Assembly (NCBI GenBank): GCA_963787835.1 | Contig: CAWBEI010000002.1 | Span: 352,001 to 416,000 of the forward strand | From: Ignavibacteriota bacterium | GTDB taxonomy: Bacteria > Bacteroidota > Ignavibacteria > Palsa-1295 | Length of the DNA stretch: 64,000 nt | Direction of reading: 5' to 3' | In this document: positions 41,183 to 50,931 of the stretch, piece after piece | Layout: every line of letters begins with the position of its first letter | Position numbering within the stretch: position 1 is the stretch's first letter | The notes under the pieces: model-generated | Databases searched by the model: none | The model's input: the letters and a program-made list of their open reading frames with translations, nothing else | Told to the model about the DNA's origin: nothing | Translations under genes and position numbers: made by a program

Positions 41183-42670
41183 GTGATGATTCGATCCATT
41201 CGGGATCCTTCGTTAATAATTCCAGCCATTGCGCTCGTTTTTTCATCCCTCTTCTTTTCGGGATGTTTTCTCTCGCATGTCGAAAACCCTATCACGCGAA
41301 CCGAGACCGATTATTATACCATTACCGACCGCGACACCACCTCGCGACAGATCGTACACAATGCGCCGGGAGCCTCGCAGGATAATGGCGTCGTCTTTCC
41401 ATCCTCACGTGAGATCCATCTGGACCGCAATACCCTTTCGCACGACTCCACGCACGACCGGCCCTATCCGAATTTCCTTCGCGCCGGTGGGCTTGAAACA
41501 GCGGGACTGATCGGCACTTCTTCCTTAAATGGACTCGGGCCGGGATTACTCGGTATCTTCGGGCTTTTCAACAGTTCCCAACGGTACTCCGACAGCACGA
41601 TACCCCACGGAACGATGTATGTGCCAACGGACTCCCTGCATCCAAAGAACACGAACGGAAGCCAGCTTTTCAAAGGAGAGCTTATCCGGTTCATGCCTTA
41701 TGAATACCGCCTGCGGTGGTTCAACGATGCCCCGAACTGGACCGTTGGATGGAGCGCGTTTGAACTGCTCGCGCAAGATGAGAACCGAAATCATTGGCTC
41801 ACGAGCTTCGCGACGAACATCTATCTTCGGCGCCGCATTTTCATCAGCGATCAGATCCCCTATCTCATCTTTTCGCCATTTGCTGGCGTGAGTGTTTTCC
41901 CCTCGGCCTATTTCAACGTGGGCGGCGAATTGCAACTCGGCTCGCTGGCGGGAATGAATCTCCGCGCGTATGCCGGATTTGTTACTGGATTCAATCAATG
42001 GAATCCGCCGACCACGAACGTAGCATTCCCGTATATGGGGCTTGGCATTAGCGTGCTCGATTTTACGAATACCGTGGAAGAGACAGAACATGAGTGGAAA
42101 TATTACACCTATACCGGGATCGATGTGAATGTCCTCGAACTAACGATGATGGCAACCTCGCAAAAATACACGAGTGTCCTGCAAGACTCGACCATCCCCT
42201 TCACGGCGGGGCAAATTAAATTCGCAACGGTGGAGATCCCGCTGCCGATCGCGAATTACCACATCTGGGCCGGGACCTCGCTCATAAACTGGATGGGCAT
42301 GGGATTTGGGAACCAGGCGGTCGGCGTGCTTCCACTGCGTGCAGGCTACCGGCAATATCTTTTTGGCGAAGATCTGATGGTCGAGCCATTTATCGAGTAT
42401 AACTATTATCCCTCGAACGTTTTCAATATTGGAGCGCAACTCAAGCTGGATACCTGGACGCATGCGAATGTTGGAATTACGCTAGGCTATGCGACCGGTT
42501 CGCCGGGTGCGTTCTCTTCGCAATTATTCAATACGGCAGGAGCACCGCAAACACTGAATTTCAGTACGGCGTATCTCGGTATCTCCCTGTTCCTCGGCGA
42601 TTGGGATAAATCCCCGGAGACGGTCCGCCAGCAACACGCTTCACGATCCGATCCATGGAGTGGCCAGTGA
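41183..42670 (+). CDS. Hypothetical lipoprotein with outer-membrane beta-strand character
   Basis: FSGC lipobox; amphipathic beta strands. Confidence 0.7.
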   Translation: MMIRSIRDPSLIIPAIALVFSSLFFSGCFLSHVENPITRTETDYYTITDRDTTSRQIVHNAPGASQDNGVVFPSSREIHLDRNTLSHDSTHDRPYPNFLRAGGLETAGLIGTSSLNGLGPGLLGIFGLFNSSQRYSDSTIPHGTMYVPTDSLHPKNTNGSQLFKGELIRFMPYEYRLRWFNDAPNWTVGWSAFELLAQDENRNHWLTSFATNIYLRRRIFISDQIPYLIFSPFAGVSVFPSAYFNVGGELQLGSLAGMNLRAYAGFVTGFNQWNPPTTNVAFPYMGLGISVLDFTNTVEETEHEWKYYTYTGIDVNVLELTMMATSQKYTSVLQDSTIPFTAGQIKFATVEIPLPIANYHIWAGTSLINWMGMGFGNQAVGVLPLRAGYRQYLFGEDLMVEPFIEYNYYPSNVFNIGAQLKLDTWTHANVGITLGYATGSPGAFSSQLFNTAGAPQTLNFSTAYLGISLFLGDWDKSPETVRQQHASRSDPWSGQ

Positions 42671-42672
42671 CT

Positions 42673-43263
42673 ATGTTTTGGAACCACCCCCCAACCCCCT
42701 CCTTCTATAGGAGGGGGCTATTGCTTCTCTCATTCCTTGCGATTGCAGGATGCCATCCCTACGAATTCATTATGGGCGGGCCGCATGTCGTGAGTTGCGA
42801 GATACTTACTTCGCTGCCGGGAGTCGATCACAATGAGGATGTTGCAACCCTGCGTGACACCGCCGCGATCGATCTCAGTTATTTTGGCGCAACGCAGTAT
42901 CATATCAAAATGGGCGTGATGCTCCAGCATGGGGAAGGATTCCGAATTCTTCTTCGCCCTGTCGTGGAATACCGCGATGTAAAAGATTCCGGCATTATCG
43001 TGACGGCAACGCAGTCCGGAATTACGCTGGATTCCGGGCATCACCGGTTCCTGTCGAGGCCGGATGTAACGGTCACGCCCAATCAGATCATCCATGTTGC
43101 GCTGATGTCAGAGAATAACTACATGCAAGTGGTCTTCGATTGCGATACCGTCTATCGCGGCTGGACGAAGCGGAATGAATCCGATGATGTAGTCGTGCAG
43201 GCGCTTCAGGGCAGTGAAGTACAAGTCATTCAGCCCGATTGGGACGATCTGCCAGGGAGGTAA
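42673..43263 (+). CDS. Hypothetical lipoprotein; family A repeat (42682-42717) forms its n-region
   Basis: MFWNHPPTPSFYRRGLLLLSFLAIAGC. Confidence 0.7.
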   Translation: MFWNHPPTPSFYRRGLLLLSFLAIAGCHPYEFIMGGPHVVSCEILTSLPGVDHNEDVATLRDTAAIDLSYFGATQYHIKMGVMLQHGEGFRILLRPVVEYRDVKDSGIIVTATQSGITLDSGHHRFLSRPDVTVTPNQIIHVALMSENNYMQVVFDCDTVYRGWTKRNESDDVVVQALQGSEVQVIQPDWDDLPGR

Positions 43264-43353
43264 ATTTCCACATCGAATGTCCCTGATGAACAGGTAAAAA
43301 TTCGGCAATGTATCGACGGGCACTTGCACAGTAAATGCGTCGTTCTTCATTTT

Positions 43354-43563
43354 ATGCATACATACAGCACGGAAGCCATCATAAATAACGAAGGAAAGAT
43401 CGTGCTCTCTCTTCCGTTCAAAAAAGGTGAAAAGGTTGCTGTTGTCGTAACGCCGTTCACAGAGGCTCAAGAAGTGCTCGATGAGGAAGCCTGGATGCGC
43501 TTAGGCCTCGAACACTTTTTTAAAGACGATGCCGAAGGCGATGCCGCTTATGACCTTCTTTGA
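43354..43563 (+). CDS. Putative type II antitoxin
   Basis: Small ORF with acidic D..YD tail, 4 nt before the toxin. Confidence 0.7.
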   Translation: MHTYSTEAIINNEGKIVLSLPFKKGEKVAVVVTPFTEAQEVLDEEAWMRLGLEHFFKDDAEGDAAYDLL

Positions 43564-43567
43564 TTGA

Positions 43568-43897
43568 ATGGACGCGTACCAATTCGGCGATGTTGTCCTT
43601 GTAGATTTTCCGTTCTCAGACCGAAACGCCGAGAAGAGGCGCCCCGGATTGGTGCTCACGCAGGATTTGCACGGTGATCTGCTTATTGCACGTATCACGA
43701 GCAAAAACCTGGAACTTCCAACAGACATCACACTCGCGGATTGGAAACTCGCCGGCCTCAATATTCCATCAAACGTCAGATTGCTTAAATTGGCGACTAC
43801 TCATACGGCTTATGTATTGCGGAGATTGGGAAAGGCATCCGAAAACGACCGGCAAACGGCAATTAACGCGCTTCGGAAATTTCTCGATTCACTTTAG
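43568..43897 (+). CDS. PemK/MazF-family toxin
   Basis: GDVVLVDFPFSD...KRRP.LVL, ITS, DWK.AGL..PS.VR..KL.T. Confidence 0.92.
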   Translation: MDAYQFGDVVLVDFPFSDRNAEKRRPGLVLTQDLHGDLLIARITSKNLELPTDITLADWKLAGLNIPSNVRLLKLATTHTAYVLRRLGKASENDRQTAINALRKFLDSL

Positions 43898-43966
43898 AAG
43901 CAAATGATCAAGTCATTCAGCCGATTGGGATGATCTGCCGGGGTGGTAATTTATAAGAATGCCATA

Positions 43967-45235
43967 ATGAAGCTATTCTCTCTCTCTATTTTGAAACATG
44001 CAGCACTTATTGGGATGCTTTTTTGCCTCGCACCTAACGCACGGGCACAGCAAACCCAGCAAACCGATAGTATTGTTACTTCGCCGTGGGTTCAGGCCAG
44101 CACACCCAATCCGGGGGCAGCCGGTGCAAATTACCTCTCGCCTGATACCTGTTGGGGAGGCGATAATTTTAGCGCTCTTATTTCCACCGATGGTGGGATG
44201 AATTGGAGGAGTACCCCACATGGCGGCATTATGCGAAATGCACATGAAGGTTACGAATTCACTTCGTCCTGGATATACAAAACGATGGACGCATGGCAAA
44301 CATGGGATAGTGTTCCAACTCCGAATTCACATCTGGGTGCAGTTGTCATCGTTGATTCATTACACGTTTTCGCGAGTGGTCAGTACATTACTCGCACGAC
44401 CGATGGTGGAAAATCCTGGACCGTCTCTAACCCTGTAATCGGCACTGGCTCCATCGGTTTTGCGAATTTGATGGTTGGCTATGCCGTCGGTGGAAAAATT
44501 CAAGGACCCTTGCCAAGTCAAATCGGCATGGGTTGTCTCAAAACAGTCGATGGAGGCAATACTTGGAATCAAATTTATACCGGTATTCCAGGAGACGCCT
44601 ATGGGATAGCCGTGATCGATCCACTAAATGTGATCCTTGTCGGCGATGAGCTAATCTACCGAACAACTGATGGTGGAAATTCTTGGAATCAAATTACGTG
44701 GAACAATCCAACTCCAGGTGAGACCGGCCTTCTGGGAATATGTCTTCAAAATGGAATTGGTTATATTTCGGGCGCAACAGGGGGTGGGAATCCGGTCGGA
44801 CTTATCCTACGAAGCACGGATACTGGAAAAACATGGTCTTCTGAGCCATCCGGTGTGAATACACTATTATATGATCCTGAGATGTATGATGATTCAATAG
44901 CTACAGTTGGCGGGGATAGCGGAATATTCATTCGCAATGGGAATCTGGCCAGTATTTCATCGCCTTTAGTAGATTCCCTATCCATGCTGATTTTCCCAAA
45001 TCCTTCGCAATCGTTGGTGACACTTTCATATAACCTTCCCTCTCCACAAACAGTAACGCTTACAATTTGTGATGTTAATGGGAATATTGTTGGGACCCCG
45101 CTGAATGCGGCACCGCAGAATGCTGGGAGTCAATTATTCTCAATTAGCACTGCAAGGTTTGTTCCTGGAACGTATTATTACCAGCTCACCACAGGATTGC
45201 ATTCGGTTAACGGATCATTCGTCATCATCAAGTAG
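43967..45235 (+). CDS. YCF48/BNR-repeat protein with T9SS CTD
   Basis: Signal peptide; T.DGG..W repeats; IFPNPS..GTYYY CTD; AT-richer. Confidence 0.85.
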   Translation: MKLFSLSILKHAALIGMLFCLAPNARAQQTQQTDSIVTSPWVQASTPNPGAAGANYLSPDTCWGGDNFSALISTDGGMNWRSTPHGGIMRNAHEGYEFTSSWIYKTMDAWQTWDSVPTPNSHLGAVVIVDSLHVFASGQYITRTTDGGKSWTVSNPVIGTGSIGFANLMVGYAVGGKIQGPLPSQIGMGCLKTVDGGNTWNQIYTGIPGDAYGIAVIDPLNVILVGDELIYRTTDGGNSWNQITWNNPTPGETGLLGICLQNGIGYISGATGGGNPVGLILRSTDTGKTWSSEPSGVNTLLYDPEMYDDSIATVGGDSGIFIRNGNLASISSPLVDSLSMLIFPNPSQSLVTLSYNLPSPQTVTLTICDVNGNIVGTPLNAAPQNAGSQLFSISTARFVPGTYYYQLTTGLHSVNGSFVIIK

Positions 45236-45257
45236 GTCCTCAAATCCCCAATAACAA

Positions 45258-47525
45258 TCACATCGTCCCCAACGACGCTGTAACACCCCGCAAAATCCCC
45301 GTCGCCTTCTCCACGGCGCGAATCAGCTCTATGGTTGCGGCATTTGCCTGAGCGGCGTTCTTGGTGCGCAGCGCAATGCTCAGCGCGGGAAGTTCCAGAT
45401 CGGCATAGCCATTATCGGGGTCGGCAAGGACGAGAAGATTGCGTTCCCATTTATCGAAATAGAGTCCCTCGGGCGCCGTGAAGGCAAACCCCACATTTCG
45501 TAACTGCTGATTTACCGCATCTAACTGAGGCGCATTTTCCAGTAATTTCGAACCCTCGGAGAGTCCCTTGTTGTCCCGCGCTTCCGCAAATTGTTTGCTT
45601 GCTGTTATAAAGGTATCGATCGCGTGTTCGAGCGGCGCGAATCCGGAAGAATCGTGTACATGGGTCATCGCGAGAACCCTGGCGTGATGCACGGCGCCCC
45701 GCAGCCACTGCCCCAGCGCAGTGAAATCGAACGGAAGCACATCGGCATTCGCAAGGCGCATGGCCTCGACCGCTGCGAATTGCGAACACGCTGCGTGATA
45801 CCGAAAACTGGAATCGCCATAGTGCATCGTCCAGCCAATGTTATCGTGATTGGAATGATATTGCCCGAAGGGTCCGCCAAAACCATGCTCCAGCGATGGA
45901 ATTCCGAGATGATTGTAGAACGCGGAGAAATCGCTGCCGCCGCCGAGCAATCCGATCTCCGGCGGAACATCCTTCCCGTCCGTTTTTGGAGCATGCTCCA
46001 TCCATTTATCATAGACGGGGTTCCCGCTTCCATCCGGCACGGACTTACTTACCTCATACACCAGCGACCGAAGCGATGGATCGGCTCCCGCCGAGAACGA
46101 TGTTCCTGTCGCGCATTCATCCTGATTGATGTAGGCGATCGCCTTTGCGCCAAGCTCTTTCTCTAATTGCTCGACCCATTCCGTCGAGCCAAGCAAGCCC
46201 CATTCTTCGGCATCCCAGGTAACGAACAGTACCGATCGTTTCGGGCGAATACCCTCCGACTGCAGTTTTGCGAATGCTTCTGCCGCTGCGACTGAACTTG
46301 CACATCCCGAAGCATTATCTTCCGTTCCGTAGCACCATGCGTCGCGATGACCGCCGATGATGACCCACTCATCCGGCCACGTGGAACCCTTGACCATCGC
46401 AACGGTATTCCAGATCGATTTTAACCCCGTATCACACTCGACGTTCAGCTTCACCCGAACTGGCGAGTCATCTGCGGCCTCAACATGGTACCGAAATGCA
46501 AGCCCGCCCTGCCATGCGGCATTCGGAATATCATGTCCGTGCATCTGGCTTAGAATTTCCTGCGCGATACCATAGGAGATCGGGATAACGGGAATTTTCG
46601 GCGTGGGGTACATGGAGTCCGAAGGAACCCGACGCGCACCGGGAACCGAGGCGTAGCCAGGGGTGGTCGGGTCGCCGTGGCCATTATAGATGCTTCCGCG
46701 CTGCACGCCTCCGCTGGAACGCATCGGCCCGACGGGATAGACGTCGCCCTCATCGTAGCCATCGCCGGAGGGATCGGAATAAATGATAAGACCCGCCGCA
46801 CCGTGCAGCTCCGCAAGCTGCGCCTTGATGCCTCGGTAACTTTTTCCATACCGCGCGATCGCGATCTTGCCCTGCACGCTGATATGCAGGCTGTCGAGGA
46901 TATGATAATCCTCATGAAGCCCATAGTTCACATAAACCACATCACCCGACACCGTTCCGGAAGAAGAATAGCCATTGACCCACGGATACTCTTTACTGTT
47001 GGGATCGAATGCCGTTTTATCTTCGCGCAGATCGAAGGTTTTCTTTACCGGAGCTAGCATCTCCAGCGAAGAACTTTTCGCAAGCGGTATATCTACCTCA
47101 TACGGATAGATGTTCGTGGAAAGGCCTGCCTTCTTCCATCGGTCGATCACATAATCGCGCGTGCGGATCTGCGCGGGCGTGCCGGCAACATGCACCTCTT
47201 TGCTGATCGCGGTAACGATTGCACGGAGCGTATCGGGCTTTATCTCATCGATGAGTTTCTTTTCAATAGCACGCTCTTCGCGCGCGTTCGATGGGCTGAA
47301 GCCCGTCATTTGAGCAGCGGAAATTGTGGGGAAAATCGGAGCAACAACCCCAAGAATCACGAATGTCATTGCGAGGAGTCCCGGAGGGACGACGAAGCAA
47401 TCTCGGTTCGTGAGTGAGAGATTGCGTCGTCGAACGAATCCAGCATCGTGGGCGATGCGTCCTCCGGTCGATTCGCTCTCCTCGCAATGACGAAAAGAAA
47501 AATTAGTCCGAATCGATAATATCAC
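45258..47525 (-). CDS. M28B peptidase (glutamate carboxypeptidase II / transferrin-receptor-like); start uncertain
   Basis: PA domain VYVNYG..RYG...RG.K; GGHRDAW, DNASG, WDAEEWGL.GS.EW, GSD, YHS..D. Confidence 0.9.
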   Translation of the reverse strand: MILSIRTNFSFRHCEESESTGGRIAHDAGFVRRRNLSLTNRDCFVVPPGLLAMTFVILGVVAPIFPTISAAQMTGFSPSNAREERAIEKKLIDEIKPDTLRAIVTAISKEVHVAGTPAQIRTRDYVIDRWKKAGLSTNIYPYEVDIPLAKSSSLEMLAPVKKTFDLREDKTAFDPNSKEYPWVNGYSSSGTVSGDVVYVNYGLHEDYHILDSLHISVQGKIAIARYGKSYRGIKAQLAELHGAAGLIIYSDPSGDGYDEGDVYPVGPMRSSGGVQRGSIYNGHGDPTTPGYASVPGARRVPSDSMYPTPKIPVIPISYGIAQEILSQMHGHDIPNAAWQGGLAFRYHVEAADDSPVRVKLNVECDTGLKSIWNTVAMVKGSTWPDEWVIIGGHRDAWCYGTEDNASGCASSVAAAEAFAKLQSEGIRPKRSVLFVTWDAEEWGLLGSTEWVEQLEKELGAKAIAYINQDECATGTSFSAGADPSLRSLVYEVSKSVPDGSGNPVYDKWMEHAPKTDGKDVPPEIGLLGGGSDFSAFYNHLGIPSLEHGFGGPFGQYHSNHDNIGWTMHYGDSSFRYHAACSQFAAVEAMRLANADVLPFDFTALGQWLRGAVHHARVLAMTHVHDSSGFAPLEHAIDTFITASKQFAEARDNKGLSEGSKLLENAPQLDAVNQQLRNVGFAFTAPEGLYFDKWERNLLVLADPDNGYADLELPALSIALRTKNAAQANAATIELIRAVEKATGILRGVTASLGTM
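47364..47492. repeat. Family B palindrome with nested GCATCG..CGATGC palindrome, in frame at the M28 N-terminus
   Basis: Encodes RHCEES..RNL..RDCFV..LLAMT. Confidence 0.85.
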
Positions 47526-47532
47526 TAAAAAA

Positions 47533-48279
47533 CTATTTGATCTTAATAAGCTTCGAGGAATGATATTTGGTATTGGCCTGAAGATCGGTCACTTCAAGGC
47601 GCAGGACATAGCTGCCTTTATCCAATTTTTTTCCGACGTCGGATTTTTCATCGAAGGCCGTCTCGTAATAGCCGGGAGTTTTCATGGCCTCGAACGGGAA
47701 ATTTCGCACCGTTTTGCCCATCATGTTTTCGAGCGTAAGCTTAACGGTCCCGCGCGTCTTGAGGCCGAACTGGAACGTCCATTTGTGCTTCTTATACTTA
47801 ACATCCGTGATGCTCGTCTCTTTCGGGATGGGTACGATCTCGGGCGGAGCCACACCGCGAGCCGAAACCTTGAGCGGAACGGTATCGCCCTGGAAAATGG
47901 CGAGAATTTTAGTCTCGTATGGCCTGACCTCATCGGCCTTGAAGCACAGGTTCAGATAAAAGGTGGTGTTCGAGCCGATGGTAAGCGGCATCATCTCCTT
48001 CGTCGGGGAAGTGACGTAAAAATGCTTGGGATCGAGGGAGCGCAGTTCGGTTAGGAGGCGGGGATGGTCGGTGGTGTTATCGATGGCCACGTTCACGCAA
48101 TTCTCGATGCCCGTGCTTTGCGGTGCAAACGAAAGCTCACTGCGCTCGAACGCCAGCGAGCCGCCATCATGGCCAAGCTCCATAGGCGCCTGAGCGTGCT
48201 CGAACTGAGCAAATGAAGGAACAGAGATAAATGCTAACGAGATAGCGACGAACGTTCGGAACATAGGCTTCAAAATCAT
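47533..48279 (-). CDS. Secreted protein with Ig-like and FlgD/CTD-like domains
   Basis: Signal peptide; L.N.MGK.VR...D.KSD.GKKL..G.Y.LRL. Confidence 0.7.
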   Translation of the reverse strand: MILKPMFRTFVAISLAFISVPSFAQFEHAQAPMELGHDGGSLAFERSELSFAPQSTGIENCVNVAIDNTTDHPRLLTELRSLDPKHFYVTSPTKEMMPLTIGSNTTFYLNLCFKADEVRPYETKILAIFQGDTVPLKVSARGVAPPEIVPIPKETSITDVKYKKHKWTFQFGLKTRGTVKLTLENMMGKTVRNFPFEAMKTPGYYETAFDEKSDVGKKLDKGSYVLRLEVTDLQANTKYHSSKLIKIK

Positions 48280-48325
48280 GCCGAGGTAAACGATGAGGGC
48301 GGGCGCTCGGTTCGGGCACTCTGCC

Positions 48326-49081
48326 TCACTTCTGAATTAGGATTTTGAAGAATTGCCCGGAAAGATTTGCATAGATCACCCCATTCGGCTGGTTCGAGAC
48401 ATCAACGGTTAGCAGCCCATCGGATGATACAATTGGTAACTTAATTCGTCTGCCTAACGGATCGTAAAATGAAATGCTGTCGGATGACGGGACTCCCTGG
48501 ACAAAGAATTCAGAAGTACAAGGTTGAGGCCATGAATCGATAGAGGGACTTGTTAAGTGGGAATTTACACCTTCATAAAAAAGCGGTCGCCCCCCAAAGT
48601 TAGCACCAATAAAACTATTAATTTCGGGTAGGAGAGATAGATAATACTTGCCAGTATCGGTATTCGTATAATTTTCAAAATTTACATACCAGTTTTTTGC
48701 AGTAACAGTGTCGCCTGGTGTGACAAGTTGCATTGTAAACGGCCCCAATCTCTGTTCGATTGAATCAAATCCAGCTCGAATCCCAGCGTAAGCAGTATCG
48801 ATATCCTTCCAAGTCCGCACACTCGAATCGTCCATCGTATCAGGTACAATAAAATAGAGAAAACCAACAACGAATTCATTTTTTGCGAATTCAGCATATT
48901 GTTGGGTACCAGGGCACATATCAACCTTTACGCTATCAGGGTTAAACCAAACCACTCCCTGCGGCTTTAAAGGTGAATCTTGCCAAGGTACAAGGCACGA
49001 GGAATCGACTTGCTGCGCCCCGGCATGATCTGTCATGGCAAGAATCAGTAGAGCTGAGAAAAAAACGATTCGTTTCAGCAT
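48326..49081 (-). CDS. Secreted hypothetical protein with a degenerate T9SS CTD
   Basis: MLKRIVFF signal; WPQP..YDPLGR..G..Y..K.L tail; AT-richer. Confidence 0.7.
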   Translation of the reverse strand: MLKRIVFFSALLILAMTDHAGAQQVDSSCLVPWQDSPLKPQGVVWFNPDSVKVDMCPGTQQYAEFAKNEFVVGFLYFIVPDTMDDSSVRTWKDIDTAYAGIRAGFDSIEQRLGPFTMQLVTPGDTVTAKNWYVNFENYTNTDTGKYYLSLLPEINSFIGANFGGRPLFYEGVNSHLTSPSIDSWPQPCTSEFFVQGVPSSDSISFYDPLGRRIKLPIVSSDGLLTVDVSNQPNGVIYANLSGQFFKILIQK

Positions 49082-49164
49082 TATTTCCCCACATCTGAAA
49101 AATAGCAGAAATCTATGAAATGGGAACACTCAAACAGCGAAATAATGCCATAAAGAGCGTCCGA

Positions 49165-49294
49165 CACGCGGGATGCCCAAGAGGGCGGGCATCCCGCGGC
49201 GGACAAAGCATCGTTGCCGATGCTTTTTAGCATCATTGCCAATGCTTTTAGCATCGCTGCCGATACTTCCAGCATCGTGACCGGCTGTAGCATA
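49165..49294. repeat. GC hairpin followed by degenerate ~21-bp tandem palindromes (AGCATC.TTGCC.ATGCT)
   Basis: cgcgggatgccc..gggcatcccgcg; gcatcgttgccgatgc / gcatcattgccaatgc / gcatcgctgccgatac. Confidence 0.65.
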
Positions 49295-49577
49295 TCGGCC
49301 TCGATGCGCGCTCATTGTGTTGGTTTTTTGCCCGCGCAAGGTCACTCGTCATCTACATCCGGAGGAGAGATGTTTGGAGCATTGCTCGCGAGGCAAACCT
49401 TGCATGATCGCTCATGCTAGATGATTTTCATCTATGATGACGGTTCATCTCTTGCCAGCGGCGTATCGTTTGACCAAAACGTTACGCGCCGGATACATTA
49501 GAAAGAACTTGCCTCGGGGAGTTTTGTTACAGGTCAGCTCGTACATTTTTCGTAAAAAATCTTTACAAAACTACAAT

Positions 49578-49715
49578 TGTCATCCTGAGCGGAGTTTTCC
49601 GTAGCGGAGCGAAGAAAAACGGAGTCCAAGGATCTTTGGTAGGGCACGAGATTCTTCGACTCCGCAAAAGGTTGTCCGCTGGGGCGGACTACCTTTTGCT
49701 CCGCTCAGAATGACA
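49578..49715. repeat. Family D palindrome
   Basis: tgtcatcctgagcggag..ctccgctcagaatgaca. Confidence 0.82.
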
Positions 49716-49728
49716 GGCTAATCTGATA

Positions 49729-50769
49729 ATGAATCCAAAAAAACGAAATAATATCCTTACGGGGCTCTTGGGTGCTATCGCGCTATTGGCTTGCTTTGTT
49801 GGTTGTAATAAAGAAAAGGAACCTGCCCCCGAACCGGAAAAGCCTGCGGCCTCGACGATCCCGGCCATACCACCGCTGCCTGTTCCCGGCTTCAATGCCG
49901 ATCATGCCTTTGCCGATATGAAAACCCAGGTGTCATTTGGCCCGAGGGTTCCGAATACCGCAGCTCACGAAAAAGCGGTGCACTGGCTCTACGACCAGCT
50001 TTCGCAATGCTGTTCTAACGTCGATATCCAGCCCTTCGCGGATTCCGGCTACGGCGAAACGCTGCATCTCACGAACGTTATAGCCTCATTCAATCCTTCG
50101 GCAACGTGGCGCGTGCTCATTCTCACCCATTTCGATTCCCGCCCATGGGCCGATGAGGATCCCGATTCGACCAAGCATGGAAAGCCGGTTCCCGCCGCGA
50201 ACGATGGCGGTTCGGGCGTTGGCGTGATGATGGAACTCGCGCGGCAAATGAAAGACCATCCGCCGCCCATCGGGGTCGATCTGTTCTTCGACGATGGCGA
50301 AGATTACGGCAAAGATAAGATCGATGGCGATGCCCACTTTTTCCTCGGTGTTAAATATTTCCTGAGCGTAAAACAAGCAAATTACGCTCCTCGATTTGCG
50401 ATATTGCTCGATATGGTGGGCGATACGAATGCTTATTTCATTCCCGAATCAACTTCGGAGCAAGCAGCTTCCGTGTATGTCAATGAAATTTGGAGCACGG
50501 CTAACAGACTGGGCCTCAGCCATTTCCATACCGACCGGCAAACCGCGATCGATGACGATCACATCCCGCTCATTAAAGCGGGCATTCCTTCCGTGGATAT
50601 TATTGATGGCGATCTGGTCGGCCATCAATCCTCGGACCCGAACCGGAAATATTGGCACACGGTCGATGATCTTCCGAAACATATTTCCCGCGAGACCATG
50701 GATGAAGTGGGACGACTGCTGCTCACGTTGATCTATCAGCAACTGCCGCAAGACGTTCCCAATCTGTAA
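49729..50769 (+). CDS. M28 peptidase / glutaminyl-cyclase-like lipoprotein
   Basis: FVGC lipobox; FGPRVPN, H.DSRPWAD, ANDGGSGV, DGEDYG, LLDMVG, DDH.P, YWHT. Confidence 0.88.
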   Translation: MNPKKRNNILTGLLGAIALLACFVGCNKEKEPAPEPEKPAASTIPAIPPLPVPGFNADHAFADMKTQVSFGPRVPNTAAHEKAVHWLYDQLSQCCSNVDIQPFADSGYGETLHLTNVIASFNPSATWRVLILTHFDSRPWADEDPDSTKHGKPVPAANDGGSGVGVMMELARQMKDHPPPIGVDLFFDDGEDYGKDKIDGDAHFFLGVKYFLSVKQANYAPRFAILLDMVGDTNAYFIPESTSEQAASVYVNEIWSTANRLGLSHFHTDRQTAIDDDHIPLIKAGIPSVDIIDGDLVGHQSSDPNRKYWHTVDDLPKHISRETMDEVGRLLLTLIYQQLPQDVPNL

Positions 50770-50785
50770 TGCGCTTATCTCTGCA

Positions 50786-50913
50786 TGTCATTGCGAGGAG
50801 AATGAATCGACCGAAGGGAGATTCATTCGACGAAACAATCTCAAACGTGCAGCCGAGAGATTGCTTCGTTGGAATCACTCCGCTTCGCTCCGTGATTCCT
50901 CCTCGCAATGACA
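50786..50913. repeat. Family B palindrome upstream of prmA; terminal ATG is in frame with prmA
   Basis: tgtcattgcgaggag..cctcgcaatgaca. Confidence 0.9.
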
Positions 50914-50931
50914 CAATGGCCGATAAATAGG

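Larger units (their letters stand above)
43222..43952. mobile_element. TA cassette bounded by ~45-bp imperfect direct repeats (43222-43267, 43909-43952)
   Basis: caagtcattcagcc(c)gattggga(c/t)gatctgcc.ggg.ggtaa. Confidence 0.7.

Noticed and set aside
49208-49294. Possible CRISPR array
   Set aside because: Units are adjacent and degenerate with no spacers; no cas genes
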